Shown: positions 51,796 through 63,283, numbered from the stretch's first letter. The stretch: DNA of 64,000 bases from Octopus sinensis (GCF_006345805.1 NC_043014.1:38316001-38380000), one strand, 5' to 3'. Notes: generated by a model from the letters alone, not told the origin. Made by a program: numbers and translations.

Positions 51796-52322
51796 AAAAA
51801 GTTTTGGCTATTCTTTCTACTTAAAAGGGAGATCCCAGTAAAACCACCGCTCTGATACCATGAGTTGAGGTGATGTCTTCTAGTGTTATCAAATTTAATA
51901 CACAATTATTAATAATTGAGACGCAATTATTTATAATTGAAGAGTCCTACGCTGAAGAGGAAAATAGTTAGGTAAGACATAATAATTTAATTTTTATGCT
52001 CTGCTATGACTTAATTCCGAAACGTACGTCCGTAGGTGACTTAATATAGAATGATTGTCGTCATTTCTTTCTCTTTTGCCTGCGTCGTTTGCTTTTTAAG
52101 TGCTGTGGTTTTACTGGGATCTCCCTTTTAAGTAGAAAGAATAGCCAAAACTTTTTGACTGCTATTTCTAAATTCGGTGTGTGGTGAAGCAAATCGTTGC
52201 TAAACCCTTAATTAATTACTTAGTATTACTTAAACCTTCCTTGAATGGGGCTTTTACATGCTGAACTCTACTTGGTGAAATTAATGATTATTTCTAAATT
52301 AATTAATTTCACCCTTTATTAT

Positions 52323-52323
<1 letters not shown>
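51792..52323 (+). mobile_element. (TA)n-flanked element with a 59-bp inverted 5' copy and a hammerhead (Penelope-like derivative)
   Basis: 51792-51850 is the reverse complement of 52102-52160 with 1 mismatch. The 3' part is homologous to a truncated minus-strand copy at 21451-21653. Confidence 0.65.
51946..52036 (+). ncRNA. Type I hammerhead ribozyme motif, intact core
   Basis: Stem I CCTACG (51946-51)/CGTAGG (52031-36); core CTGAAGA; stem II GGAA/TTCC; GAAAC; palindromic loop GTAC; GTC cleavage triplet at 52028-30. Confidence 0.85.
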
Positions 52324-52371
<48 letters not shown>

Positions 52372-52486
52372 CTGGAAAAGGATGCGTGGCGTTCGATCAT
52401 ATAATAATATAAATAATCTATGTATATGCATATATACATATATGTACATACCTAGATCTATATGTATATATACATGCATATATGGG

Positions 52487-52796
52487 TACAGGACATCAAA
52501 AAAAACGTTGAACACAATGAGAAACAAAAATATAAAAACAAAATCATGGAAACGAACTTTTTTTCAAACAACGTAAAAACATACAACACAAGGAATATTC
52601 CCCTTCTTCAGTTGTCCCTGTTTTGTCTACTCCATGTTTTGAAAACGCGGAGTAGACGAAACAGGGACAACTGAAGAAGGGGAATATTCCTTATGTTGTA
52701 TGTTTTTTCATTGTTTGAAAAAAAAGTTCATTTCCATGATTTTGTTTTTATGTTTTCGTTTCTCATTGTGTTCAACGTTTTTTTTGATGTCCTGTA
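52487..52796. repeat. Long imperfect inverted repeat (about 147-bp arms)
   Basis: tacaggacatcaaaa...gtctactcc versus ggagtagac...ttttgatgtcctgta, with a short loop near 52634-52648. Confidence 0.85.
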
Positions 52797-52852
52797 GATG
52801 TAGGTATGTACATATATGTATGTATATATGCATATATTTATATATTATTTAT

Positions 52853-52884
<32 letters not shown>

Positions 52885-52924
52885 TTATATATATATATAT
52901 ACATATTAAAGTAATAAAGTTAAT

Positions 52925-53215
52925 GTCTGGTCACACATGGCTCTAGTAAAACAGGAATGGATGGCTGAAAAATTTCATGATCACATAACCCATAACATTT
53001 GGTCTCCTAATTCCCCAAATCTCAATCCATTGGACATGTGGAGTGTTGTTGAGAAAGAGGTCAATGAACACACCCATAACACCAAAGATTCTTTGAAAGC
53101 TGTCATAGTCAGAGTAATGTCAAGAATGAACCAGGACCACTTGATTCAAGCATGTAGATGATTTAGATCTCATATAGAAGCAGTTGTTGAAGCTGAAGGT
53201 GGCTTTATTATATAA
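52925..53215 (+). mobile_element. Tc1/mariner-superfamily transposase C-terminal fragment
   Basis: IWSPNSPNLNPLDMWSVVEKEVN...IQACR*FRSHIEAVVEAEGGFI, similar to the WPPxSPDLNPLD motif. Confidence 0.75.
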
Positions 53216-53345
53216 TATAATAGAAAAGGTTTATTTTTAACCTCATATCATTTTTGATAAATAAAGTTATTATATATGTTTGTTTTATAAACATAAATCT
53301 GTCCTTCAATATCTTATGTACCCTATGTGTGTGTGCGTGTGTATT

Positions 53346-53457
53346 TATAGAGGGCATTACTATACATAAATGCCACATGCTAAGAGGGACTCTTAAAGTT
53401 TTGACTTCAAGAGTCCCTCTTAGTGTGTGGCATTTATGTATAGTAATGCCCTCTATA
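53346..53457. repeat. Inverted repeat (about 49-bp arms)
   Basis: tatagagggcattactatacataaatgccaca...gggactctt and its near-perfect reverse complement. Confidence 0.85.
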
Positions 53458-54586
53458 TATAAATAAATAAATATATTTAAGTGAAAAAATTGGTGGATTT
53501 TTTTCTCTTATGAGATTTTTCGTGCTAACTACTTGATAAATTCTTATAAAGATTTTATCCTATTTTAAAATATATATATATACTGTTGTGTGGTTAAGAA
53601 GTATGCTTTTCAAGCATGTGGTTTTGGGGCTCAATCCAAATGTAGGGCACTTTGAGCAAGGATTTTCTTTTACTATAACCACAGGCCAACCAATTAGGAA
53701 TGAATTTGGTTAAAAGAAGGTATTGAAACCCCTTATGTGTGAATCTTTGAATTTTCAGATCATGAAATTACTTAAGCAAAAATAGAGATGTTTATGTTGA
53801 CAAATCTTTGTCAACAAATCCCTTGAAAAACAAATAAAGGTTAGCAACAGAAAGAGCACCATCATTGTTTTAACATCTACTTTTCAATACTTGCATATTT
53901 TAGACAAGAGTAAACTGGGGCAGAGTCTTCTATGGCCAGATGCCATTTCTCATGCCAATCCTCACCTGTTTCCAAGTAAGGTAATAAATAATCTCCCAGT
54001 CTATTGAACAAACAACCATGACATGGTTAGGTGGAGAAATGGAAACAAACAACACTATTTAAATGAGTATTCTGTTTCTAGGTATCATGCCACATGTCAA
54101 AATAGACTCGTTGACATATCTTGACATGTTGTGCAAGCAATTTTTGTAAACAAAAGGTTCATTCATACAGTGTCATTTGTTTTCAGTCCTCCAAAAAAAT
54201 ATGTCCGGGCTGTTTGTTGTTTGATAGACTGGGAGATCATTAATTTGCTTATAAACAAGTAGGGGTTTGGTAACAAGAAGGGCATCAGGTTGTAGTAAAA
54301 CTGTTGAAGAAATGCCCCAGGATGGTTGCAGTCAAATCACTAAACATTGGCGTAGGTGCTGATGCCTCATAAATAGCACTGATGATGGTGCCATGAAAAA
54401 AAGCACCCAGTGCACTCTGTGGAGTGGTTGGTATTAAGAAGAGCATCCAGCTGCAGAAACTAAGCCAAAACAGATTATGGAACCTGATGCAACCCTTGGC
54501 TTTGTCAGTTTTTGTCAAGCCGTCCAACCCATACCAGCATAGAAAACAGACATTCAATGTTGATGATTATAATATGTATAACTTAC

Positions 54587-54770
54587 TCAAGAGTGTTACA
54601 AACAATGGCTGACTGCAGAGGACACACTGGTTCAGGATCAGAAGTGAAAAGGTTAGGGTTGGCATGATAAGATATCAACAGCTCAACACAGGAGGTATGG
54701 CCCTGTTGTGCGGCCACTAATAATGGGGTGGCATTATCAAAAGCAGAAGCATCAACGAGATGAGATTTTC
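54587..54770 (-). CDS. ASB3/ASB2-like, exon C (ankyrin repeats)
   Basis: Acceptor tttttacag|GA and donor GA|gtaagt; 184 bp, phase 1/2. Translates KSHLVDASAFDNATPLLVAAQQGHTSCVELLISYHANPNLFTSDPEPVCPLQSAIVCNTL. Resembles ASB3 '[28 protein letters not shown]' from memory. Absent from the ORF track. Confidence 0.9.
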
Positions 54771-54829
54771 CTGTAAAAATAAAAGCAACAATTAAAAAAA
54801 AAAAAAAGATACATTAAAGAAGTTTGATT

Positions 54830-55336
54830 ATATATATAAAACTGTAGTTGTGTGAGTGTCTGTCCCCTTCGATTTAGATTCCTAACTACTCCCACATTTT
54901 GCGGTGCAGTTTAACCAAATTCGGGTATCTTATAGTCGTGATACATATCGAGCCCGTCTGAGTATTAGCGCGCGTCTATGATGAGTCTACGATTTAAAAA
55001 ATAATTTAACATCATTTTTTATTCCATTTTAATGCATAATTTTTCGTGTGTCGATGGCGGCGGAGTTGGCATCCATGGTCACACCTGCACCTGTTTGCTT
55101 CTCCCCCTTCTTCCCTCACTCGTGAAGCTGTGGGGAAGGGAGTGTAAGGAAATCAACGTCGTAAAGCGTTGTCAAGGAGACCAGCGTTCTTTTAGAACGA
55201 CTTCATGACTTGAAGACACCAAAACAGAAATGGCTAAGAAAGCCCGAATTGGCATCTATAAGGGAAGTAACTCTCTAAAAATGCTTATATAGTTATTTCC
55301 CTTACAAACCCGAGCAACGCCGGGCGATACTGCTAG
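54830..55336 (+). mobile_element. Non-autonomous Helitron (copy 2)
   Basis: Near-identical to 42544-43046; ends cccgagcaacgccgggcgatactgCTAG|T. Confidence 0.8.
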
Positions 55337-55702
55337 TTTCTTATATTGCTCTTATCTCTTGCCTGCTCTAATCTGCTTTTGTTTTGATAAGCATGTCTGG
55401 TTTTAAATATTTAAGATTTCATTAACCAAGGAATCAGTTGAAAGCATGAGATACTTTAACCTATTTCGTTACTACCCACAAGGGGCTAAACACAGAGGGG
55501 ACAAACAAGGACAGACAAACGGATTAAATCGATTATATCGACCCCAGTGCGTAACTGGTACTTAATTTAATCGACCCCGAAAGGATGAAAGGCAAAGTTG
55601 ACCTCAGTGGAATTTGAACTCAGAACGTAGCGGCAGACGAAATACTGCTAAGCATTTCGCCCGGCGTGCTAACGTTTCTGCCAGCTCACCACCTGAGATA
55701 CT

Positions 55703-55926
55703 TTAACCCTTTAGCATTCAGATTACTCTCTCAAATGTAATGCTTGTTTATTGACATGGTTTTGAATTAATCCTGCATTATCTCATAGCTTTGAGATTTC
55801 AACGATGTGATTGTATATTTTAGAAATGACATTGTTGAGCAGGTAGGAGAGGCTAGATCTGGCTGCTTTCAGCTTAAAATGGTTAGACTGTTTAGGTTGG
55901 ATATGGCCAGTTTAAATGCTAAAGAA
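55703..55926. mobile_element. TTAA-flanked MITE (piggyBac-like)
   Basis: ttaaccctttagcattcagattac...aaatgctaaag; same family as 47124-47338. Confidence 0.6.
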
Positions 55927-56290
55927 TTATAAAAAGACAACCATACAGGAAAAAATAATTGGCTGAGATCAGTCATTGGATCCTGGCCATGCTGGGGCAC
56001 TGCATCGAAATGTTTAGCCAAACAAATGAACCTGCATACTTATATATATATTTTTTTCTTTTGAAGTCTGGTATTTATTTATTTATTTATTCCATCAGTC
56101 TCTTTTGCTGAACTGGGGATGTAAACAAACCAACACCAGCTAGACAAACGCAAAGGCATACACATAATGTTGTGTCTAGAAAATCATAAGTAGTGAGTCA
56201 GAAGCAAATATTTATAAATATGATAAGATCTTTTTGATTATCCAATTGATTAGTAGAATAACCCCTACAGCTGTTTGAAAGTTAAATAAA

Positions 56291-56457
56291 TAGGAGTGGC
56301 TGTGTGGTAAGTAGCTTGTTTACCAGCCACATGGTTCCGGGTTCAGTCCCACTGCATGGCACTTTAGGCAAGTGTCTTCAACTAGAGCCTCGGGCCGACC
56401 AAAGCCTTGTGAGTGGATTTGGTAGATGGAAACTGAAAGAAGCCCATCGTATATATG

Positions 56458-56494
<37 letters not shown>

Positions 56495-56700
56495 TCGTAT
56501 GTCTGTGTTTGTCCCCCTAGCATTGCTTGACAACCGATGCTGGTGTGTTTATGTCCCCGTTACTTAGCGGTTCGGCAAAAGAGACCGATAGAATAAGTAC
56601 TGGGCTTACAAAAGAATAAGTCCTGGGGTCGAGTTGCTCGATTAAAGGCGGTGCACCAGCATGGCCGCAGTCAAATGACTAAAACAAGTATAAAAAAAAA
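56291..56700 (+). mobile_element. SINE family A
   Basis: Same modules; followed by a head-only copy at about 56710-56880. Confidence 0.85.
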
Positions 56701-57189
56701 AAAAAGAGTAAATAAGCACAGGCGTGCTGTGAGGTATGAAGCTGGATTCCCAACCACATGGTCCCAGGTTCAGTCCCACTGTGTAGAAGTGGGTAAGTGT
56801 CTCCTACTATAACCTCAGGCCAACCAAAGCACTGTTGTGAGTGGATTTGGTGTATGGTAACTGAAAGAAGCCTATCGTGTGAATGTGTATGTATGTATGT
56901 ATATATATATATATCATCATCATCATCATCGTTTAACGTCCATTTTCCATGCTGGCATGGGTTGGACGTTTTGACTGGCAGAGTTTCTACAGCTTGATGC
57001 CCTTCCTAACGCAAACCACTCCGAGCGTGTAGTGGGTGCTTTTACATACCACCAGCACGAGGGTTGGTCAGGCAGTACTGGCGATGGCCATGCTCAAATG
57101 GTGTTTTTTACATGCCACCTGCACAGGAGCCAGTCTAGTGGCATACGCAACAACCTCATTCGAGTGTTTTTTCTCATGTGCTGTGTATA

Positions 57190-57234
<45 letters not shown>

Positions 57235-57859
57235 TATATATATACACACACATAGATCAGACTGGGCCTGGTGCAGCCTTCTGGCTTCCCAGACCCCAGT
57301 TGAACCGTCCAACCCATGTTTGGACGCTAAACGATGGTGATGATATGTATGTATATATTTATGTGTGCCTGTACCTCCACCATTGCTTGACAACTGATGC
57401 TGGTGTGTTTATGTCCTCGTAACTTAGTGGTTCAGCAAAAGAGACTGATTGAATAAGTACTAGGCTTACAAAGAATAAGTCCTGGGGTCAATTTCTTTGG
57501 TGCTCCAGCATGGCCACAGTCAAATCCTTGAAATAAGTAAAAGAAAAGAGCAAAAGAAAAAAAAGAAAATAAGGGACATAACTGCAATAAGCTCAGTTGA
57601 TCAAAACAAATTTTTTTTTTTTTTGACACTAAAGGCAATACACACTGGAGTCAATCAGGTCTTTAACCTTTCTGATACCAACGCACCAGAGCTCATCCCC
57701 TTGTTCTTGTTTCAAGTGACCTAAATTAAAACTTTCTATTAAAATTTCAATTTAATCTATGTTCCAAATAGCACATTAATACTAACAAGTTATTTTATCA
57801 ACTTCTTCATTATTTTCAAGATTAAATGAAATAAATATCAATGGAAATAGTAGTTATGA

Positions 57860-58303
57860 TGCCTGTGCCGGTGGTACATAAAAAGCACTATCCGAACGTG
57901 GCCGATGCCAGCGCCGCCCCGACTGGCTTCTGTGCCGGTGGCATATAAAAAGCACCATCCGAACGTGGCCGATGCCAGTGCCGCCCCGACTGGCACATAA
58001 AAAAAAGACCATCCGAACGTTGCCACGCCGCCTTGGCTGGCTTCCGTGCCGCTGGCATGTTAAAAGCTCGAACCGATCGTGACCGATGCCGGACCCCCCC
58101 CCCCTGGCACCTGTGCAGGTGGCACGTAAAAAGCACCTACTACACTCGCGGAGTGGTTGGCGTTAGGAAGGGCATCCAGCCGTAGAAACTCTGCCAGATC
58201 AGACTGGAGCCTGGAGCAGCCCCTAGCTTCCCAGACCCCGGTCAAACCGTCCAACCCGTGCTAGCACGGAAAACGGACGTTTAAACGATGATGATGATGA
58301 TGA
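57860..58303 (+). mobile_element. RTE 3' UTR copy with expanded internal tandem units
   Basis: Several 'ggtggcacataaaaagcaccatccgaacgtggccgatgcc' units followed by a (GAT)n tail. Confidence 0.75.
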
Positions 58304-58454
58304 AAGATATGAAAAGAAAAGAGTTAAAACCAACTGGTAATAGCAAGAGATATGTTTCAGTTCTGCTAGGCTTAAACAATTAAGAATATTCTAAAATAAA
58401 TTGTGACTAATAAACATTAAGATACAAAGAATAATTATCCTCCTCCTCCTCCTG

Positions 58455-58850
58455 ATCATTTAAGGTTTGCTTTCTATGCTGGCATTGGTTGGACGGTTTG
58501 ACAGAGGACTGGTAAGCCAAGAGACTGCACCAAGCTCCAGTCTAATCTGGCATGGTTTCTACAGCTGGATGCCCTTCCTAACGCCAACCACTCCGAGAGT
58601 GTAGTGGGTACTTTTTACATGCCACCAGCATGGAGGCCAGTCAGGCAGTACTGGCATCGACCATGCTCGAATGGTGCTTTTTATGTGCCAGTCAGGTGGC
58701 ACTGACACCAACCATGCAAGAATGGTGCATTTTATGTGCCACCAGAACTGGCATCAGCCATGCTCGAACAGTGTTTTTATGTGCCACTGGCATGGGCACC
58801 AGTCAGGTGGCACTGGCAAAGGCCATGACAATGATTTCATTTGACTCAAC
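58455..58850 (-). mobile_element. RTE 3' UTR copy (divergent subfamily)
   Basis: catggtttctacagctggatgcccttcctaacgccaaccactcc core plus 'atgtgccac' tandem units, in reverse orientation. Confidence 0.7.
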
Positions 58851-58864
58851 AGATCTCAAGCAAG

Positions 58865-59165
58865 GCATATTTTGCTTGATGTATTGAAGAGTACTTTTAA
58901 ACAGGCCGGTTATTTTCCTATCCTTCCTTAATACTGGTTCCCATATGCTATTCATATCTGCACTCAGTCTGCTTAGGAAGTTGTTGTGTCCTAGCATATA
59001 GGCTGCTTCTTTTAGCTTTCATATTTTCCAGTGGTGTTCTCTGTCTGATGAAGGCTGGAGGGTATACCAGCCGAAACATTGTGTTAACAACAAACAAGAT
59101 GAGGACAAATATCCATCAAATGTAAATAATGTACATAATTCCTCATCTCTTAAGTATAGAACTGT
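58865..59165 (-). mobile_element. Penelope-like element relic: GIY-YIG endonuclease C-terminus joined to an inverted hammerhead-like segment
   Basis: Minus strand from 59044 reads DREHHWKI*KLKEAAYMLGHNNFLSRLSADMNSIWEPVL (WxxRKxKEA...IWxP pattern). Abuts the plus-strand motif CTGATGA A GGCTGG..CCAGCC GAAAC at 59045-59077. Confidence 0.7.
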
Positions 59166-60111
59166 ATGACTGCACAACATTTAAAAGATTAGCTCTCAAT
59201 TTATATTTCCCAAGACAAAACAAGTCAATATGTTATCTTAAGATTGTATGATTCAAAAAAGAAGTCTCTACATGGTTACTTGACCAGCTAGAAAAAGCAG
59301 TTAAATTTATCTCAAACTACCAATTACTGTCTTAAAAAATAAAAATGGATAATCGTTACCATTTAACAACCATTTTCCATGGGTTGGATGGTTTGATAAG
59401 AGCTGACAAACCAGAGGTCTGTGCCAAGCTCCAATGTTTATTTTGGTATAGTTTCTATGGCTACAGCTCTCCCTAATGTCAACTACTTTACAAAGTGTAC
59501 TGGGTGTTTTTTTTTTTTTACATGGTATCAGCACCACCAGTTAGGTCACCAAATAACTTGTAAGACAAGACTCCGTTCAACTGAGTGGAGAATAGTATTA
59601 AGGGAGTTGGTTTTATACCAGGTGGAGAGAAGTTAAAATATAATAGAGGGACAGAGATATGTGCCTTTCACTAGAGGAGATACACAGCCACCCCAGTTGG
59701 AAAGAAGAGAGAGAGAAGTAAATAACGGAGTCTAAAATCATTGATCATAGCTGAGCTAAGGTTAAACGTCAAAAACAGTAGATGGTAAAGTCACAAAATA
59801 GAGTGATTGTAATTAATTAAAACATAGTCACAAGTTATAAATAACAGTAAATCATAATAAAGGATTAAAGCAACAATAGTAACTTATAACATAATTCTAA
59901 TTTTAACACAAGACCAGCAATTTTGAGGGTAAGGGTAAATTAATTACATCAACCCAAGTATTTGAGTGGTACTTTATCAGCCCTTGAGGGATGACAGACA
60001 CAGTTCACCTTGGCAGTATTTCAACTCAGAATATAAAGAATTTGAAGAAATCCCACTAAGCATTTTGTCCGATGTACTAAATATTCTGCTAACTCAAACT
60101 TTATAACATAA

Positions 60112-60408
60112 CTAGCAGTATCGCCCAGCTTTGCTCGGGTTTGTAAGGGAAATAACTATATAAGCATTTTTCGAGAGTTACTTCCCTTAAATAACCCGAG
60201 CAAAAATCATTAAAAATGCGGAAAAAATGATGGTAAATTTTTTTTAAAATCGTAGACACGCGCTAATACCCAGAAGGGCTCGATATGAATGACGACTATA
60301 AGATACCCGCTTTTGGTTAAACTGCACCGCAAAATGTGGGAGTAGTTAGGAATCTAAATCGGAGGAGACAGAGTCTCACACACACAACTTAAATTTTATA
60401 TATAAAGA
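60112..60408 (-). mobile_element. Non-autonomous Helitron (copy 3, shorter variant)
   Basis: Minus-strand A|TC start at 60408 and CTAG|T end at 60112; shares a 49-nt identical run with copy 2. Confidence 0.78.
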
Positions 60409-60484
60409 TTAAAACTAATAGAAAATTAAGAGAGATAATTTTTTTTTTTCAAGTCAAGTAAATTTCTCAGATAAACCATCAAAC

Positions 60485-60742
60485 CTTCTTCAACGGATTT
60501 CTCCAACAGTAATTTCAGACATTCATAATTCCCTCGTTGAGCAGCCATAAACAGTGGAGTCAGCAAATTTTCATCAACAACATCAATGTTGGCTCCAGCC
60601 TTCAATAGGAAATTGACTATTTGTACCGCATTTAAGTCAACAGCTTGATGCAGCGAAGTAGCTTGGGTATAATTTTTATTTTCAATGTCAGCACCTTTAT
60701 CGACCAGTAGATTCACACACGGAAAACTGCGAGCAGTAACAG
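60485..60742 (-). CDS. ASB3/ASB2-like, exon B (ankyrin repeats)
   Basis: Acceptor tatttcaag|CT; 258 bp, phase 1/1. Translates AVTARSFPCVNLLVDKGADIENKNYTQATSLHQAVDLNAVQIVNFLLKAGANIDVVDENLLTPLFMAAQRGNYECLKLLLEKSVEE. Donor G|gtttga chosen because it preserves frame with exon C. Confidence 0.88.
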
Positions 60743-61789
60743 CTTGAAATACACAAAAGAATACAAGGAGGTATTAAGCTTTGATGAGAAAATCAAATCA
60801 GCTTCATGTTACAAATAGATTGAATGAAATAAGTTAGTATGTTCAGCCTCTTTTGCCCAACTGCATAGTTACAGGGACTTAAATACACCAACATCGGTTG
60901 TCAAGCATTTCTTTGGGGTGAGGGGGCAAACACGGACACACACAAATATATACAAATATACACACATACACACACAAATATATATACAAGGCTTCTTTTA
61001 GTTTCCATCTACCAAATCCACTCATAAGGCTTTGGTTGGCCTGAGGCTATAGTAAAATACACTTGCTCAATGTGCCATGCAATGGGACTGAACCTGGAAC
61101 CATGTAGTTGGGAAGCAAGCTTCTTACCACACAGCCATGCCTGTGCCTATAATGCAATAAACTGAAATAAATTTTATGCTAAGCAGAAGAGATTTCAAAC
61201 AATTTGAGTTGAAGTTCTCACTGGAGAGAGAGATGAGTGTGTATTCCATTGTGTGATCTTTTTGCATTACCATTTTTAAACATAGCCCAACATACCTTTC
61301 TTTGGACTCACCTATTTCGCTATATAATTATTATTTCATATCAACCCACATCAGACGACATTTGGTATTATGATACAAAACTGCTTGTTTTAAAATGTTT
61401 AAATTTGAATTAAAACTTTCCATCATAATTTTATATAAGATACTTCTGTTATGTTACAAACACAAGGTTAATAATACTCTTTTACTTGTTGCCGTCTACC
61501 AAATCCACTCACAAGGCTTTGGTCAGCCCAAGGCTATAGTAGAAGACACTTGCCCAAGGTGCCACGTAGAGGGACTGACCCGGAGCCATGTGATTGGTAA
61601 GCAAGCTACTTACCACACAGCCACTCCTATGCCTAGAAAAAAATACTTAAATTAGAAAATAGAAAAAAAAAATTTTAATTATCAATTTCCAACTAATTTG
61701 TTGTTCATTGTTGTTAAATAACTCCTTCCTTGAAAATCCTTCTAAACATCGTCATTGTACAACATGTGCTTTAAGGGTAACAGAGTGTA

Positions 61790-62100
61790 GACATCCAACA
61801 GCGACAATATTTCTGTGAGGAGCATCTGGCACTCCATTGGTTAGGACAATGAGGGTTCCAGTTGATCCGACCAATAGAACAGATTGCTCGTGAAATTAAC
61901 ATGCATGTGGCTGAGCACTCCAGAGACACGTGTACCCCTAACATAGTTCTCAGGGAGAGTCAGCATGACACAGAATGAGGCAAGGCTGGCCCTTCGAATT
62001 ACAGGTACAACTCGTTTTTGCCAGGTGAGTGGGCTGGAGTAACGTGAAACAAAGTGTCTTGTTCAAGGACGCACTGCGTCGCAGGGAATTGAATTCACGA
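61790..62100 (-). mobile_element. SINE-like element, family E
   Basis: Minus-strand B-box-like gaattcaattcc followed by ccttgaacaagacactt (CORE-like). Confidence 0.5.
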
Positions 62101-63089
62101 GTAGCCTTCTGGTATAAATAACTTTCAAAAAAAAATTAATGATGATAGCACGTAGCCAGCTCATAATATAGCAAGGATAGTTGAAATAATCTGCATGCCT
62201 GAACGCGAGTTGAAAAAAATGAATGAGCTAAGGTATACGAGAAGTATGATGTTTCAACTAGTAGTCTTATTTTGCTGGTGTCAACCAGTAGATTGGCCAT
62301 GTTAGGGCACTGCTTTCAAAAAATTTTTTTTTATTAATTATATCTATTTCTTTACTACCCACATGGGGCTAAACACAGAGGGGACAAACAAGGACAGACA
62401 AAGGGATTAAGTCGACTACATCGACCCCAGTGTGTAACTGGTACTTAATTTATCGACCCCGAAAGGATGAAAGGCAAAGTCGACCTCGACAGAATTTGAA
62501 CTCAGAATGTACCGCTTGACGAAATACGGCTACGCATTTCGCCCGGCGTGCTAACGTTTCTGCCAGCACATCAATTGCAGTCTCGTACTTATTTTATGAC
62601 TTCTCCCCAAGGAATGACGGAGTTCAACGAGTTATAACCGTTAGTTAGAGTTACCTCCCTTGTTAGTATTGGCGAGAAATATCGGTCTATATTCAAACAT
62701 CTGAACACAAACATGCATCTGCCCAGGGCTTTCATTGGTCACAGCAGTACATGTACCTTCACTGGGGAAAGTTTCACTGCTAGGTGCAGGCCCTGACAGT
62801 TGTCTATGCAACAAATCTCACCTTCTCCAAGTTGCAGATGCCCAAGAGAAGGGTTAAGGATCAATATAACTTGCCTGAATTCAAAATATAAAAACCACGA
62901 CCACCACCACAAGACACTTGTCCAAAGTGCAGTACAGTGGGACTAAACCCAGAACTACGCGGCTGTTGGCAATCTTCTTGACCACATAGTTCTGTCTGTG
63001 TCCATAGGTATTAACTCTGAATGGGTGATTAATGTTTGATGAAAAGTGCCATGTACCAGAGGTGAAAGATGCCAATTTATCTTTTACTC

Positions 63090-63240
63090 TTTTACTTGTT
63101 TCAGTCACTTATTCTTTGTAAGCGTAGTACTTATTCTGTTGGTTTCTTTTGCTGAGCAGCTAAGTTCCAGGGATGTAAACACACCAGCATCAGTTGTCAA
63201 GCGATGTTGGGAGGGGGGATAAACACAGACACACAAACAT

Positions 63241-63283
<43 letters not shown>

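Noticed and set aside
57860-58130. Repeat-spacer-like array suggestive of CRISPR
   Set aside because: Eukaryotic context; the units are degenerate tandem copies within the RTE 3' UTR, with no unique spacers or cas genes.
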